Notes: generated from the letters alone by a model not told the origin. DNA of 64,000 nucleotides from Vampirovibrionales bacterium (GCA_044358835.1 JBIKNF010000002.1:9909-73908); one strand, 5' to 3'. Positions 1-10,103 are shown, counted from the first letter of the stretch. Numbers and translations: made by a program.

Positions 1-411
1 ACAAATTTAAACACCTTTCCTTTTTCTAAGGTGTTGGGGTACTGCGTTAACACGTTTGTTTTGGCTAAACTTAGCGCGATTGGAATAGAAGCCAAACCCG
101 CTACCACACCTGTTAATAAGCCCATTAGGGCGCCATCTAAAATGGAAAGGGCACGGTGTTTTTGACGATTTTCAATATAAGAAAGCACCACGGCTTCTTC
201 TTGGCTATGGGCGTCTTGGGGGGGGCGTGTTTCTAAATCCGCGATGATGTCTCTGGAAAGTCGAGCCGTGGGAAGTAAAATTTTGTCAACGAGCAGGGAT
301 TCAGGATCGACGGCGGGGGCTTCTGCAGACGTGGCCGTTTCCCCTTGGCGATGAAGCAAGGGGGGGGGCGGGGTCAGTCGTGTTTGGGTTGGGGGGGGTA
401 AGGCACGTTGC
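1..411 (-). CDS. Hypothetical protein, N-terminal part only; the gene continues past the window start. Pro-rich N-terminus (PPP stretches encoded by C8/C9/C8 tracts).
   Basis: Open minus-strand frame from ATG at 411 to position 1, no stop. I translated it by hand as MQRALPPPTQTRLTPPPP...AVDPESLLVDKILLPTARLSRDIIADLE...LSYIENRQKHRALSILDGALMGLL... It is absent from the ORF track, I assume because it runs off the window edge. Confidence 0.45.
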
Positions 412-810
412 ATGATAAAAAAAGCCACTTATGGAATCAGAACACAAATAGAAGTAATAGAATTATAATTCAATTCATATGCTTTGTATAGCATTTTAAT
501 CACAAGCCTTTGATGTAACAACTTTGCAACAAAAGGCACGAATTGCATTAAGATTGTTTTTATATATATGTAGCCACTTACACAAAGATGCCTACCTGTC
601 TCTCGTTGAATTTCCCTCTATGCTTTTCAAAAGAATTTCCTTAACACACACACACGACACCGTGTCTAACATGCTTTTTGCCGACTCCCTCTGCAATGGA
701 TTTTGTATAGACACGGATTTTTTTTCCTGCTTGCCGTGGTGTAAAATGCTTGACACTCTTTTTTGGTTTTCTCTTTATTTTTTTCTCTCTCACTATCTAG
801 AACAATAAGT

Positions 811-840
811 CCCTTTGAATACTTCAGAGGGCTTTTTTTT
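811..840 (+). terminator. Rho-independent terminator-like hairpin followed by T8
   Basis: ccctttgaa/ttcagaggg stem (9 bp with one G-U) followed by tttttttt at 833-840. It lies immediately after the stop of small ORF 524..808. Confidence 0.4.
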
Positions 841-930
841 GGCCACAACAGTGCGTGGGCTTTAAATAAGCCGTGAGTTTACGTTTACAAACCTTGCTAT
901 ATTTCTATAGTATCCGCTGACTTGACGCTT

Positions 931-1875
931 CTAAAACTGTGACTTTAGCGCTTCATGCACTTCATGAATCACCCAGTCTGGCGTTGAAGCCCCTGCCGTC
1001 AACCCGATGCGATTCGCCTTATTCAGCGCGTCCTTAATTTCAGAAGACTCAAGCTCTTGCGGGGTTTCAATGTGAAAAGCAGGCGTACCGATTTCCACAC
1101 ACAATTGAGCCAAGTGCGTGGTGTTGGAACTGTTTTTGCCCCCCACCACGACCATCACATCCACGTCGTGAGCGAGTTCAGCAGCGGCGTGTTGACGGAA
1201 AAACGTGGCGGGGCAAATCGTGTTATGCACCTTCAGTTCTTTGGCCACCATGCTTAAATGCTTCACCATGTCAAAGAAGCTGTCTTCCATTTGAGTGGTT
1301 TGAGACACCACCCCAATGCGACGACGGGGCAACTCTTTCAACGCGTCTTGAATGTCTCGCGGGTGTGAAATTGCCACGACTCTAGCCCCCTCGACTTCAA
1401 GGGCATAGGCCGTAATGCCAATGACTTCAGGGTGATTGGCTTTGCCCACAATCACCACGGTATAGCCTTCTTGAGCCAGTTCTACCGCCTTGTTCTGCAC
1501 CAAGCGAACGTCAGGGCAAGTGGCATCGCTAACGTGAATACCGCGCGCTTGGGCACGGTGAATCAGTTCAGGGGGCGCTCCATGCGTACGAATCACGCAC
1601 ACGGCACCATCGGGGACTTCGGCCAAGTCTTGCACGGTGTGAATGCCCATGGCAGCGAGGCGTTGAATTTCTTGCTGATTGTGAATCAGTTGCCCCAGCA
1701 CATAGGTAGGGCGATCTTCTTGCTGGTGAGTGTCGTGGGTTTCCACGGTTTTGTCGACGGCTTTTTTTACCCCGTGGCAAAAGCCCGCGTGTTTGGCCAT
1801 CTGAATCATTTTGCCTTGGGTGGTGGTGGCTTCAGTAGGAACGGTGGGGCTTTCAGAAGAAGTCGGTGTCGTCAT
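931..1875 (-). CDS. ispH: 4-hydroxy-3-methylbut-2-enyl diphosphate reductase (IspH/LytB)
   Basis: 314 aa with the LytB hallmarks GFCHGVKKAV, VIRTHG, VVSQTTQ, HNTICPAT and three conserved Cys. Confidence 0.93.
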   Translation of the reverse strand: MTTPTSSESPTVPTEATTTQGKMIQMAKHAGFCHGVKKAVDKTVETHDTHQQEDRPTYVLGQLIHNQQEIQRLAAMGIHTVQDLAEVPDGAVCVIRTHGAPPELIHRAQARGIHVSDATCPDVRLVQNKAVELAQEGYTVVIVGKANHPEVIGITAYALEVEGARVVAISHPRDIQDALKELPRRRIGVVSQTTQMEDSFFDMVKHLSMVAKELKVHNTICPATFFRQHAAAELAHDVDVMVVVGGKNSSNTTHLAQLCVEIGTPAFHIETPQELESSEIKDALNKANRIGLTAGASTPDWVIHEVHEALKSQF

Positions 1876-2167
1876 TGAAGTAACTCTTTCTAGGGTGAAT
1901 TTAGGGTGATTTTAGCACGAAACGAACAGGGGCTTAATGGAAGCTTGAGTTGCAAGCCTTAACCTAAGCATAACACAAGTCTTCGCATATTTCGACTCAC
2001 CCCGTGACGACTTTTCTTTTAAAAAAGTCTATGTTATGATAGCACAGCTTTTTCTTTTTTTGTTTTTGTGTGAATAACACGCCTAATGCAAAAAGTGGTA
2101 TGAAGTATGCAAAGGCTTTTTATTTTGTACTGACCCTAAAACTTCCCCTTCAGAAAGGACAGATGAT

Positions 2168-2983
2168 ATGAGTTCCAACATTTCAGTGGCATCCACCACG
2201 CCAACGGCTTCAGGCCTGCCTGTAAAAAAAACCACGGCATCTGATGTCGAACCCACCACGCCCACCCCGCAAACAGCGGAACCTCAACCAACGGCTATAG
2301 AATCTAAAACTTCTGCTGAAAAACCAGGGGCTAAACCTGTGGTAAGCGTGTATACTTATGAACAAGCGACTAAGGATTTTGAAACGGCTAAGAAGCTTAA
2401 GCCAGAAGCCTTTAAGCAATATGCCTTAGCCGGTTCTGACTTAAAGGCCGAAACAGTCCCCACCAAAGAAGGGCATTTAACTCGTTTTGAAACGGGTACC
2501 ATCGTCAAAGAAAGTAAAACGGGTGGCCCTGTAACCGTGAGCTCTCCCAATGGATTGGTGATTGAATCCGCCATTTTAAATAAGGCGGATGTTGAACAAC
2601 AGCTGGCCGAAATCGACAAAAAAGTCGATGCCCTTGACTCAAAAAGTCCGCAGGCTGAAATTAACGAAGTGACTGAAAAACAGTTGACGCATGATTTGGC
2701 GGAATCTGAAATTTGGGGCATTACGATGTCGGATCCCGATTCAGTGACCATTAATGAACAAACCGAAGACATTGATGTGACTACCCCTTCAGGTGATTTT
2801 CACTTAGACAAAAACGACAACATTCGCTTTGAACGTGCAGACAAAAAGGCCAAGATGGCCTTAACGCCTTCATTTAAGCCTGAAAAACCCCCTGTGGCCG
2901 AAACGCCTGAAGCCAAAGAAGTTTTTTTAGAACCTGTTGAAGAAGAGGCAAGCGAACCGAAGAAGCTTTCGCTCATGGCGTAG
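2168..2983 (+). CDS. Hypothetical acidic low-complexity protein (candidate secreted protein)
   Basis: 271 aa, rich in T/P/E/K/S, no recognisable catalytic motif. A good RBS-like aaaggacag lies upstream of the ATG. Confidence 0.5.
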   Translation: MSSNISVASTTPTASGLPVKKTTASDVEPTTPTPQTAEPQPTAIESKTSAEKPGAKPVVSVYTYEQATKDFETAKKLKPEAFKQYALAGSDLKAETVPTKEGHLTRFETGTIVKESKTGGPVTVSSPNGLVIESAILNKADVEQQLAEIDKKVDALDSKSPQAEINEVTEKQLTHDLAESEIWGITMSDPDSVTINEQTEDIDVTTPSGDFHLDKNDNIRFERADKKAKMALTPSFKPEKPPVAETPEAKEVFLEPVEEEASEPKKLSLMA

Positions 2984-3021
2984 TGAGAAAAAGCAGAACA
3001 AAAAATTGTAAACGACCTTAA

Positions 3022-3051
3022 ACGACGGTGTGAAAAGCTTCACGCCGTCGT
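3022..3051. terminator. 13 bp inverted repeat between the convergent genes 2168..2983 and 3103..3864
   Basis: acgacggtgtgaa-aagc-ttcacgccgtcgt, one wobble pair. No strong T-run follows on either strand. Confidence 0.25.
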
Positions 3052-3102
3052 TGGATTAAGGGCAGTTGAAGATGATGAACCCTGCAAGCAGAGAAACGAT
3101 GG

Positions 3103-3864
3103 CTAATAGACCGTCGAACGGTATTCAGACAAAAAGTGCGCGGATTCCATTTCTTCTTTCATACGCGTTAACGCCGACTGAACCACGCGACTGGCACGAC
3201 TGGCTGAAATACCAAATTCATCGCCAATTTCACGCATCCGCTTGTTCTTAAAATAACGGGCTTCTATGAGCTTGCGGTCACGCTCAGGCAGGCCGTCTAA
3301 GCACAGGCGCACCAATTTAGCCAATTCGTTGGATTCCGTTTTTTCGTCTGGGGTTTGGCTTTCATCGCGCAATTCATGCGGATTGTCCGCTTCCATAAGG
3401 CCGTCTACACTGAGTATGTTGGCATACATGGCTTCACGAACGGCACCTCGTTCAGGGGCAAGCTCATCGTCAAAGCCATTGAGATCTTCGTTGCCATCGG
3501 CGATTTCGGCATCGGTGTTGCGAAGGCTGTACCATTTGTAACGGTACCGCAATTCGTTACGCACGGCCCATTTAATCGCGGTAGACAAATAGGTGACGTT
3601 AAAATCACGTTCAGGGTATTTTTCAAACAACAGGTGCAGGGTCAAGGCCCCGATGTTGACGATTTCACTGGCGTCAATCAAATGGTTCGGCAAACGACTA
3701 TGTTCGACACGCGCCACCGTTTCAACCAGTTCCATGTAATCTTTAATGTCACGGCTTTTGAGTTTTTCAGGGGAAATACTGGCACTTAGTCCGTGACGAA
3801 CTTTTTTGCCGGTTCCTTTTTCAGCGGACTGTTTTTTAGAACGAAGGGGAGATTGAGACATCAT
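3103..3864 (-). CDS. RNA polymerase sigma factor, sigma-28 (FliA/WhiG) family
   Basis: 253 aa. It has sigma-70 region 2 and region 4 signatures, including the HTH block LPERDRKLIEARYFKNKRMREIGDEFGISASRASRVVQSALTRMK. The size matches chlamydial sigma-28. Confidence 0.75.
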   Translation of the reverse strand: MMSQSPLRSKKQSAEKGTGKKVRHGLSASISPEKLKSRDIKDYMELVETVARVEHSRLPNHLIDASEIVNIGALTLHLLFEKYPERDFNVTYLSTAIKWAVRNELRYRYKWYSLRNTDAEIADGNEDLNGFDDELAPERGAVREAMYANILSVDGLMEADNPHELRDESQTPDEKTESNELAKLVRLCLDGLPERDRKLIEARYFKNKRMREIGDEFGISASRASRVVQSALTRMKEEMESAHFLSEYRSTVY

Positions 3865-4391
3865 ACTTAGAAATTCCTTTTTCTAGGTATGCAAGAATCA
3901 CCAAGGCTTTATGTGTGACGTGAAGTTGCCAGAAATTTAAAAATAAGGTGCAAAAAGCAGCGCAACGAAGAAAAACATAAAGAATAGAGAGACTGCATTG
4001 TAATAAACTTGCTAAAAAGTAAAGAGTAAAGAAAAGAATCCGCATGCATCGTGTGCCAAAGCGAACACAAAATAATCTCAAAGGCACTGAAAGCCAGTGA
4101 AAAGTGGTTTAAAAACGTGTGTGCATTGAATAAACGAGCAACGAAATTAGTAGAGTATGTAAAACATCCAAACAGACTTGCGTAAACGTCAAGCAGGCCA
4201 TGCGTGATACATCTATTACTACAATAATAAAAGAAAGTCTTCAATCCTAATTGCGTTTTCATTACAAATCTTAATAAAACCTAAAGGTCCCGCTTGGTGG
4301 ATGCAACAATTTTTCAAAAAACGTTCGAAAATCAAAGGCTTGTGCTATGCTAAAAGGGTGAGAGACTCGTATTAAAGGACGCTTCATTGTT

Positions 4392-5516
4392 ATGTTACGT
4401 ATTGCGTTAAAAATGCTGTTTGGCGACAAAATGAAGTTTATGACCTTGGTGGTGGGCTTGACCTTTACGTGTTTTTTATTGACGCAACAAGGGTCTATTT
4501 TTTGTGGATTGATGTTGCGCACGGCCAGTAACATTTTTGAAACAGGGGCCCCGATTTGGGTCGTTGATTCAACGGCCACGAGCTTTAATGACGTGGTGGA
4601 TTTAAAATTAAGCGAAGTGGCGCGGGTGCGGAGTGTTTCAGGCGTGGCGTGGGCAGTTCCCATGAGCTTGCACGGGGCCATTGCGCAAAGTGATGAAGGC
4701 AAAACCGCTGCGGTGCAAATTGTGGGGGTGGACGATGAAAGCTTGATTGGCTTGCCTGCGGGGCTTAAAAATGCCCGTTATGAAGATCTCAACCAGCCCA
4801 ATGCGGTGATTATTTCTAAAACCCGCAGTGAACGCTACGGGGCGCCTCAAGTGGGGGGTGAATTTGAAATTAACGATCATCGCGTCAAAGTCGTGGGGGT
4901 GATTGATTCTAAAAAAACGTTTGCCCCGTTTCCTGTTATTTACACGGCGATTAGTCGCGTGCAAAGCCTTATGCCAGAAAAACAACGCATTGTTTCTTTT
5001 ATTTTAGCCAAGCCTAAAGCCGGGGTAGATCCTACCGCGTTATGCCAAAAAATTAACGAAGAAACGGGCATGAAGGCCATTCAACTGTGGGATTTTGTGT
5101 TTAGCACCATGCGGTTTTGGGCCGCCAATACGGGGATTCCTATTAATTTTGGCACCAACGTACTGATGGTGCTGATTATAGGAACCGTCATTTCAGCACA
5201 AACCTTATATGCCTTTATGCTTGAAAACATTCGACAATTCGGCACCTTTAAAGCCATTGGCATTACCAACGCTGAGCTGGCGCGCATGGTGTTTGTGCAA
5301 AGTATTACGGTGGGCTTAATTGGCTATGGTTTGGGGGTGGGCATGGCGTCACTATTTGGATTGTTCTTGCCCGATACGGCTCCTTTGGCCTATTACACTC
5401 CGCCTCAATTGATTTGGATTGTGCTATTCTTAGTCATGGGCTTTTGTGTGATTGCGTCATTCTTAAGTCTGTACCGTGTTTTACGTATTGATCCTGCTAT
5501 TGTGTTTAGAGGTTAA
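4392..5516 (+). CDS. ABC transporter permease, FtsX/MacB/DevC-type
   Basis: 374 aa with an N-terminal TM helix, a large periplasmic domain and a C-terminal cluster of three TM helices typical of the FtsX fold. It is the first gene of a four-gene operon. Confidence 0.8.
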   Translation: MLRIALKMLFGDKMKFMTLVVGLTFTCFLLTQQGSIFCGLMLRTASNIFETGAPIWVVDSTATSFNDVVDLKLSEVARVRSVSGVAWAVPMSLHGAIAQSDEGKTAAVQIVGVDDESLIGLPAGLKNARYEDLNQPNAVIISKTRSERYGAPQVGGEFEINDHRVKVVGVIDSKKTFAPFPVIYTAISRVQSLMPEKQRIVSFILAKPKAGVDPTALCQKINEETGMKAIQLWDFVFSTMRFWAANTGIPINFGTNVLMVLIIGTVISAQTLYAFMLENIRQFGTFKAIGITNAELARMVFVQSITVGLIGYGLGVGMASLFGLFLPDTAPLAYYTPPQLIWIVLFLVMGFCVIASFLSLYRVLRIDPAIVFRG

Positions 5517-5525
5517 TAAGGATTC

Positions 5526-6296
5526 TTGCCCATGCTTGCCACCCCTGCCTTAAAACCTTCCAAAGAACCGGCGATTGCCCTACGACATGTCTATAAAAGT
5601 TTTGACAATGAAGGTGAATCTCAAAGCGTTTTGCATGACATCACTCTGGACTTTCCCGCTGGGGCGATGACCTACGTTGTTGGCCCTAGTGGGTGCGGAA
5701 AAACCACGTTAATTAGTATTATTGCCGGCATTTTAACCCCTGATTCTGGAGAGATTAACGTCTTACACACCACCATCCACGCGTTTAATCAACAGCAAAA
5801 GGCCGAGTTTCGTCGTAATAATGTGGGCTTTATTTTTCAACAGTTTAACTTAATCAACACCATTAGTATTGCTGAAAATGTGGCGATTCCCTTGTTGATT
5901 CAAGGTGTTCCGCATGACAAAGCCATTGAAACGGCAATTGAATGGCTAGGTAAAGTCGGGTTGGGAGACAGACCCTACGCCACACCCAAAGACTTTTCAG
6001 GGGGTCAACAACAACGCGTGGCCATTGCCCGTGCCCTGGTTAATGACCCTAAACTACTGATTTGCGATGAACCCACTTCCGCGCTAGACGGTAAAACAGG
6101 CCGTCTGATTATGGAACTCTTAAAGAAGATCGCTCAACAAGAAGACCGCGCCGTGATCATCGTCACCCATGACAACCGCATCTACCAGTATGCCGATTAC
6201 CTCGTAGAAATGGAAGACGGACGCATTCTGGCCACCCATCAAGACGCCGAAGCTTGGGCCAAAGCCACTTCAAACACCTTGCCTTCAACGGCTTAG
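5526..6296 (+). CDS. ABC transporter ATP-binding protein (MacB/LolD/DevA-like)
   Basis: Walker A GPSGCGKTT, ABC signature FSGGQQQRVAIARAL, Walker B LLICDEPTSALD and an H-loop VTHD. Confidence 0.9.
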   Translation: MPMLATPALKPSKEPAIALRHVYKSFDNEGESQSVLHDITLDFPAGAMTYVVGPSGCGKTTLISIIAGILTPDSGEINVLHTTIHAFNQQQKAEFRRNNVGFIFQQFNLINTISIAENVAIPLLIQGVPHDKAIETAIEWLGKVGLGDRPYATPKDFSGGQQQRVAIARALVNDPKLLICDEPTSALDGKTGRLIMELLKKIAQQEDRAVIIVTHDNRIYQYADYLVEMEDGRILATHQDAEAWAKATSNTLPSTA

Positions 6297-6308
6297 ACGT
6301 CTCCTTAC

Positions 6309-7619
6309 TTGCCTAATCTTCCCTTGTCACGCCCCCCTTGTACTTCCCCGCTTAAAAAAGGACGCCTTCCGATGCTTAATCCCTTTCAGAAAAAAAACCT
6401 CAAGTCCCTTAACTGGAAACTGATTCCCTTTTCAAGAACGATTCCTATTGCGATTTTAGGCGTGTTGATTATGTTGTATTACGTCAATACCCAAGTGGTA
6501 GCAGAACCCGAACGCGAACCATCGCGTACGCCGGCTTCTTCCCCTTATGAAAATGCGGTTACAGGGGTGGGTATTGTAGAACCTGTTGATGAAGCTGTTA
6601 AGGTCGCGCCGTTTTATAGCGGAAAAGTCGTCGCGGTTTATGTGAAAGAAGATCAAGTCGTTAAAAAAGGGCAGGCCCTCTTCAAGCTAGATACCTCCAT
6701 TTTAGACGCCCAGCATCAACGTCTTTTGGCCGAAGCAACGGCGTCTAAATCTCGATTAACAGCCGCTCAAGCTCGCTTACATCGTTTGGGTTCAGAACCT
6801 CGAAACGTTAATCTGCCCCCGCTCAAGGCAAAAGTTGCGAGCTTACGCGCTAGTTTAAATAAAGAAAAAGACAAGCTCAAACGGCTTGAAAGCATCGCCG
6901 ACTCTCGCGCCATTAGTGAACAAGACTTGGCACAACAGCGCTTAAGCGTGGAAGTGACAACCGCTCAATTAGAAGAAGCCCAAGCCAATCTCAATGCGAC
7001 TTTAGCGGGCGCTTGGCAACCGGAATTAGATGAAGCCAAGGCCTTGGTCAATGAATCAAGTGCTTCAATGCAAAGCGTGTTGGCTCAAGTGAAGGAACTC
7101 GACGTGCAACTGGCGCAAGCCGTGATTAAAGCCCCTAAAGAAGGCACCATTCTTCAATTGAACGTGCGAGTAGGCGAGACCCTCCAGCTCATGCAAATGT
7201 CGGGCAAAAGCAGTGAACCCGCTATTTTAATGGGTAATGTAAAGGCCTTACAAGTGCGTGTGGATATTGATGAAGTGTTGGCCCCTCAAGTGCAAGCGGC
7301 TATGCAGGCCAAAGCCTTTATTAAGGGCAATAGTAAACTGTCGTTTCCCTTACAATTTGAACGCATTGAACCGTTTATGGTGCCGAAGGTTTCGTTGACT
7401 GGTGGAACCGCAGAACGTAATGATGTTAGAGTCTTGCAACTGATTTATCGTTTTACGCCTCCCGCCGATTTTAGCGTCTACCCCGGTCAACAAGTCGACG
7501 TCTACTTAAACGCCGATTCATTCAAGCCTCAACACACCGCTACCACTGGCGTAGACGACGACTTGGACTTCCCGCTAGAAGAAGCGTCCACCCCTAATCA
7601 CGCAGGAGCCACCCCATGA
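6309..7619 (+). CDS. Periplasmic adaptor / membrane fusion protein (HlyD family)
   Basis: 436 aa with an N-terminal TM helix, a long coiled-coil region (LLAEATASKSRLTAAQARL...) and a C-terminal beta domain. It overlaps the next gene by 4 nt. Confidence 0.7.
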   Translation: MPNLPLSRPPCTSPLKKGRLPMLNPFQKKNLKSLNWKLIPFSRTIPIAILGVLIMLYYVNTQVVAEPEREPSRTPASSPYENAVTGVGIVEPVDEAVKVAPFYSGKVVAVYVKEDQVVKKGQALFKLDTSILDAQHQRLLAEATASKSRLTAAQARLHRLGSEPRNVNLPPLKAKVASLRASLNKEKDKLKRLESIADSRAISEQDLAQQRLSVEVTTAQLEEAQANLNATLAGAWQPELDEAKALVNESSASMQSVLAQVKELDVQLAQAVIKAPKEGTILQLNVRVGETLQLMQMSGKSSEPAILMGNVKALQVRVDIDEVLAPQVQAAMQAKAFIKGNSKLSFPLQFERIEPFMVPKVSLTGGTAERNDVRVLQLIYRFTPPADFSVYPGQQVDVYLNADSFKPQHTATTGVDDDLDFPLEEASTPNHAGATP

Positions 7620-9172
7620 CCCACACGCCCTTTCAGTCCTTGACGCGAAGCGTCGGGGTGGTGTTGAGTGCTTGGGTCCTTTTAGGACCGATGGCGCTTG
7701 CTCAGCCCGATTTAAATGAACAGTACCCCCCTCTTCAGCCGACGCCTTTAATCAAACCTGCCCCTTCCCCTAGTCTCGCGCCCCCTGTTCCAGAAGAAAA
7801 CGCGATGGAGCCGTTGCACCCTCTCAATAAAGTGGTGCCCACGTATTTGACCCCCGAATTTTTGGTTTCCACCACGTGGTGGGACGCTTACGGTCGGGAT
7901 GATTTACGGGCCTTTGTCATTACCGCGTTGCTGAATAATTTGGAACTGCGAGCCAAAGAATTTGATTTAAAAGCCCAACAGCAAGCCCTTCGCAAGCAAT
8001 TTGCCCAAGAACTGCCCACCCTAAGCCTAGGCGCCAGCTGGATTAAGCAAAAAAATTCTAAAAACCTGATTTCCCCGCGTGCGTCGCAATTTAGTTCAGG
8101 CGGGGCCAACGTCTTTTCCCCCGGTTCGACGTTTAACATTTACAATTTGCCTTTAACCTTAAACTATGAAGTGGACTGGCTGGGTAAAAATCACTTGCAA
8201 ACTCAGGCCCTGCGCTTGCGTTATGAAGCTGAAGCCCTTAAGTTACGAGACATGGAATTGGCACTGGCTGAACATGCCGTTAATACAGCGATTCAATCCA
8301 TTGGAACAGAAAGTCGTTTAGAATTAAGCCGTCAACGCTTGACGGTGCTTGAAGAATGGGAACATCTTCAACGGGAAAATTACCAAGCAGGCCTTGAATC
8401 GAAAGACAATTTACTGCTTCGTAAGCAAGCGCTTGAAACGCTTAAAACGTCGATTACGGCCTTAAAAAATGATGCGGGCGTGTTGGAACATGAGGCGTCT
8501 TACTTGGCAGGCCAGCCGGTGAATGCCTTTGTGTGGAAGGATCCAAGCCTTGCCTCTACCGAATACCTCCGTCGCGTGGATTTAGCGCCCTTTTTGGCGT
8601 GGACGTCCATTGAGTCGGATCGTCTCTTACACCGCCCTGATGTGGCCATGAGTGAGCTACAGCTCCAAGCTGCGGGGGTGGATGTTAAGGTGGCTCGGCG
8701 AATATTTTTACCTAGTTTTACGCTGAGCGCTCAAGCCGGTTTGGCTTCAACAAAACTGAGCAACTGGTTTTCTTGGGACAGTCTCTTGGCGTCCGTTGGG
8801 GCGTCTTTGGCGCAACAATTATTTGCTGGGGGAGCCATTAAAGCCAACCTTAAACAGCAAAAAGCGATCTATGAATCGCTGGGGCGCTTGTATCAAAATC
8901 AACTGCTTTTGGCGGGTCGTAATGCTGAAAATGCGTTCATTGACTTAAAACAGCGTTTGGAAGCGGCGACACTGGCAGAATCTCAAGAGCAGATCGCTGA
9001 AGAACAGTACGTGCTGAGTCAAGTGCGATATAAGGCTGGGGTGACGTCGTATATTTTAACCTTAAGTCAGCAAGATGCCTTATTGCAAAAGCGTCTGGCA
9101 ACCGTTACGGCTCGGCAGGATGCCCTGATGGCGTGGAACCACCTTCAACGAGAACTAGGCGGAGGTTTTTAA
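7616..9172 (+). CDS. Outer membrane efflux protein (TolC-like)
   Basis: 518 aa with a signal-peptide-like N-terminus and two repeated helix/beta TolC-like halves (LELRAKEFDLKAQQQALR ... ). It is translationally coupled to the adaptor gene. Confidence 0.65.
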   Translation: MTHTPFQSLTRSVGVVLSAWVLLGPMALAQPDLNEQYPPLQPTPLIKPAPSPSLAPPVPEENAMEPLHPLNKVVPTYLTPEFLVSTTWWDAYGRDDLRAFVITALLNNLELRAKEFDLKAQQQALRKQFAQELPTLSLGASWIKQKNSKNLISPRASQFSSGGANVFSPGSTFNIYNLPLTLNYEVDWLGKNHLQTQALRLRYEAEALKLRDMELALAEHAVNTAIQSIGTESRLELSRQRLTVLEEWEHLQRENYQAGLESKDNLLLRKQALETLKTSITALKNDAGVLEHEASYLAGQPVNAFVWKDPSLASTEYLRRVDLAPFLAWTSIESDRLLHRPDVAMSELQLQAAGVDVKVARRIFLPSFTLSAQAGLASTKLSNWFSWDSLLASVGASLAQQLFAGGAIKANLKQQKAIYESLGRLYQNQLLLAGRNAENAFIDLKQRLEAATLAESQEQIAEEQYVLSQVRYKAGVTSYILTLSQQDALLQKRLATVTARQDALMAWNHLQRELGGGF

Positions 9173-9180
9173 GTCAGCGC

Positions 9181-9834
9181 ATGACGTTTATTGAAACGAC
9201 CCTTCAGCACCTGTTTCAAAAGCAAATCCCTGTTATACGCGCTTCTTCATTGAGTGACGCGCTTTGGACGGCGGAACAACTGCTTGAAACCCACTTCACG
9301 TGCGTTGAATTCACCTTCACCACCCCACAGATTAGCGCTTTCTTCAACGCCCCTCGCCCCCACTGGATTCCTCCCCATGTCCTTATTGGGCTAGGCACTT
9401 TAACAACCCCCTTGCAGGTTGAAACCGTGCTTGAAATGCCGTTTCCTCCGGATTTTGTGGCCAGCCCTGGGTTGTTGGAAGAAGCCCCCTTAAGGCAAGC
9501 CATTAAAGGCTTTAAGGAGAGAGATATTTTATATATGGCGGGTGTTGCCACACCTTCTGAATTGATGCACGCCTTGGCCTTAGGCGTTGAAGCCGTCAAA
9601 TGGTTCCCGGCCGAACCGCTTGGGGGTTCAAGTACCCTTAAAACCATGAAAGCCCCCTTCCCTGAAGCCAAACTAATGCCCTTTGGAGGGGTGCATCCTT
9701 CCCAAGTCACCCGCTATTTGGAAGCTGGCGCGTGGGCCGTTGGAATGGGCACTTGCCTGATGCCAAGCCCCGAGCAGTTAAAGGCGCGTGATTCTTCTGG
9801 CTTTCAGCGGGATTTAAAGGCTTTTCTTGCTTGA
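9181..9834 (+). CDS. eda: KDPG / KHG aldolase (Eda family)
   Basis: Aligns by eye to E. coli Eda: VEFTFTT (Glu), VLIGLGTL, SPGLLEE, and the Schiff-base region AVKWFPAEPLGG with PFGGV. The ORF is open from 9133, but 9181 avoids overlap with the TolC-like gene. Confidence 0.65.
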   Translation: MTFIETTLQHLFQKQIPVIRASSLSDALWTAEQLLETHFTCVEFTFTTPQISAFFNAPRPHWIPPHVLIGLGTLTTPLQVETVLEMPFPPDFVASPGLLEEAPLRQAIKGFKERDILYMAGVATPSELMHALALGVEAVKWFPAEPLGGSSTLKTMKAPFPEAKLMPFGGVHPSQVTRYLEAGAWAVGMGTCLMPSPEQLKARDSSGFQRDLKAFLA

Positions 9835-10103
9835 CGAAGCTTCCATAAACTTTATGTGGGCGTTCAATGTTTCACGATGTGCGACGCGTTCTTGAATCGT
9901 CTCCTCTACATGGGGGAATTTCGTTCAAAATAAGGCGCACCTGATGCTCTATTTGTTAAAGTAATAGTGTTGGAGGTGCTACTTAGGTAGCCCCTTATAA
10001 GGAAAAAGCGTCGTTTACTTACACCCCCTTGTAAGTGCGATGCCCCGCGTTCATGCCTTATTACAGCAAACCAAGTTGAACGCTTTAGTGTGATTGCAGA
10101 GAG

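Noticed and set aside
218-411. Suspected frameshift or pseudogene at the poly-G tracts near the window start
   Set aside because: Recounting the runs as 8, 9 and 8 nt shows the minus-strand frame is continuous from ATG 411 to position 1. The gene is therefore intact and simply truncated by the window edge.
1432-1878. 148 aa plus-strand ORF and the other ORFs overlapping ispH (1057..1257, 1568..1780)
   Set aside because: They are antisense or out of frame to the well-supported ispH.
4271-4702. 143 aa minus-strand ORF
   Set aside because: It overlaps the 5' end of the ABC permease gene on the opposite strand and has no motif.
9216-9710. 164 aa minus-strand ORF
   Set aside because: It is antisense to the Eda-like aldolase.
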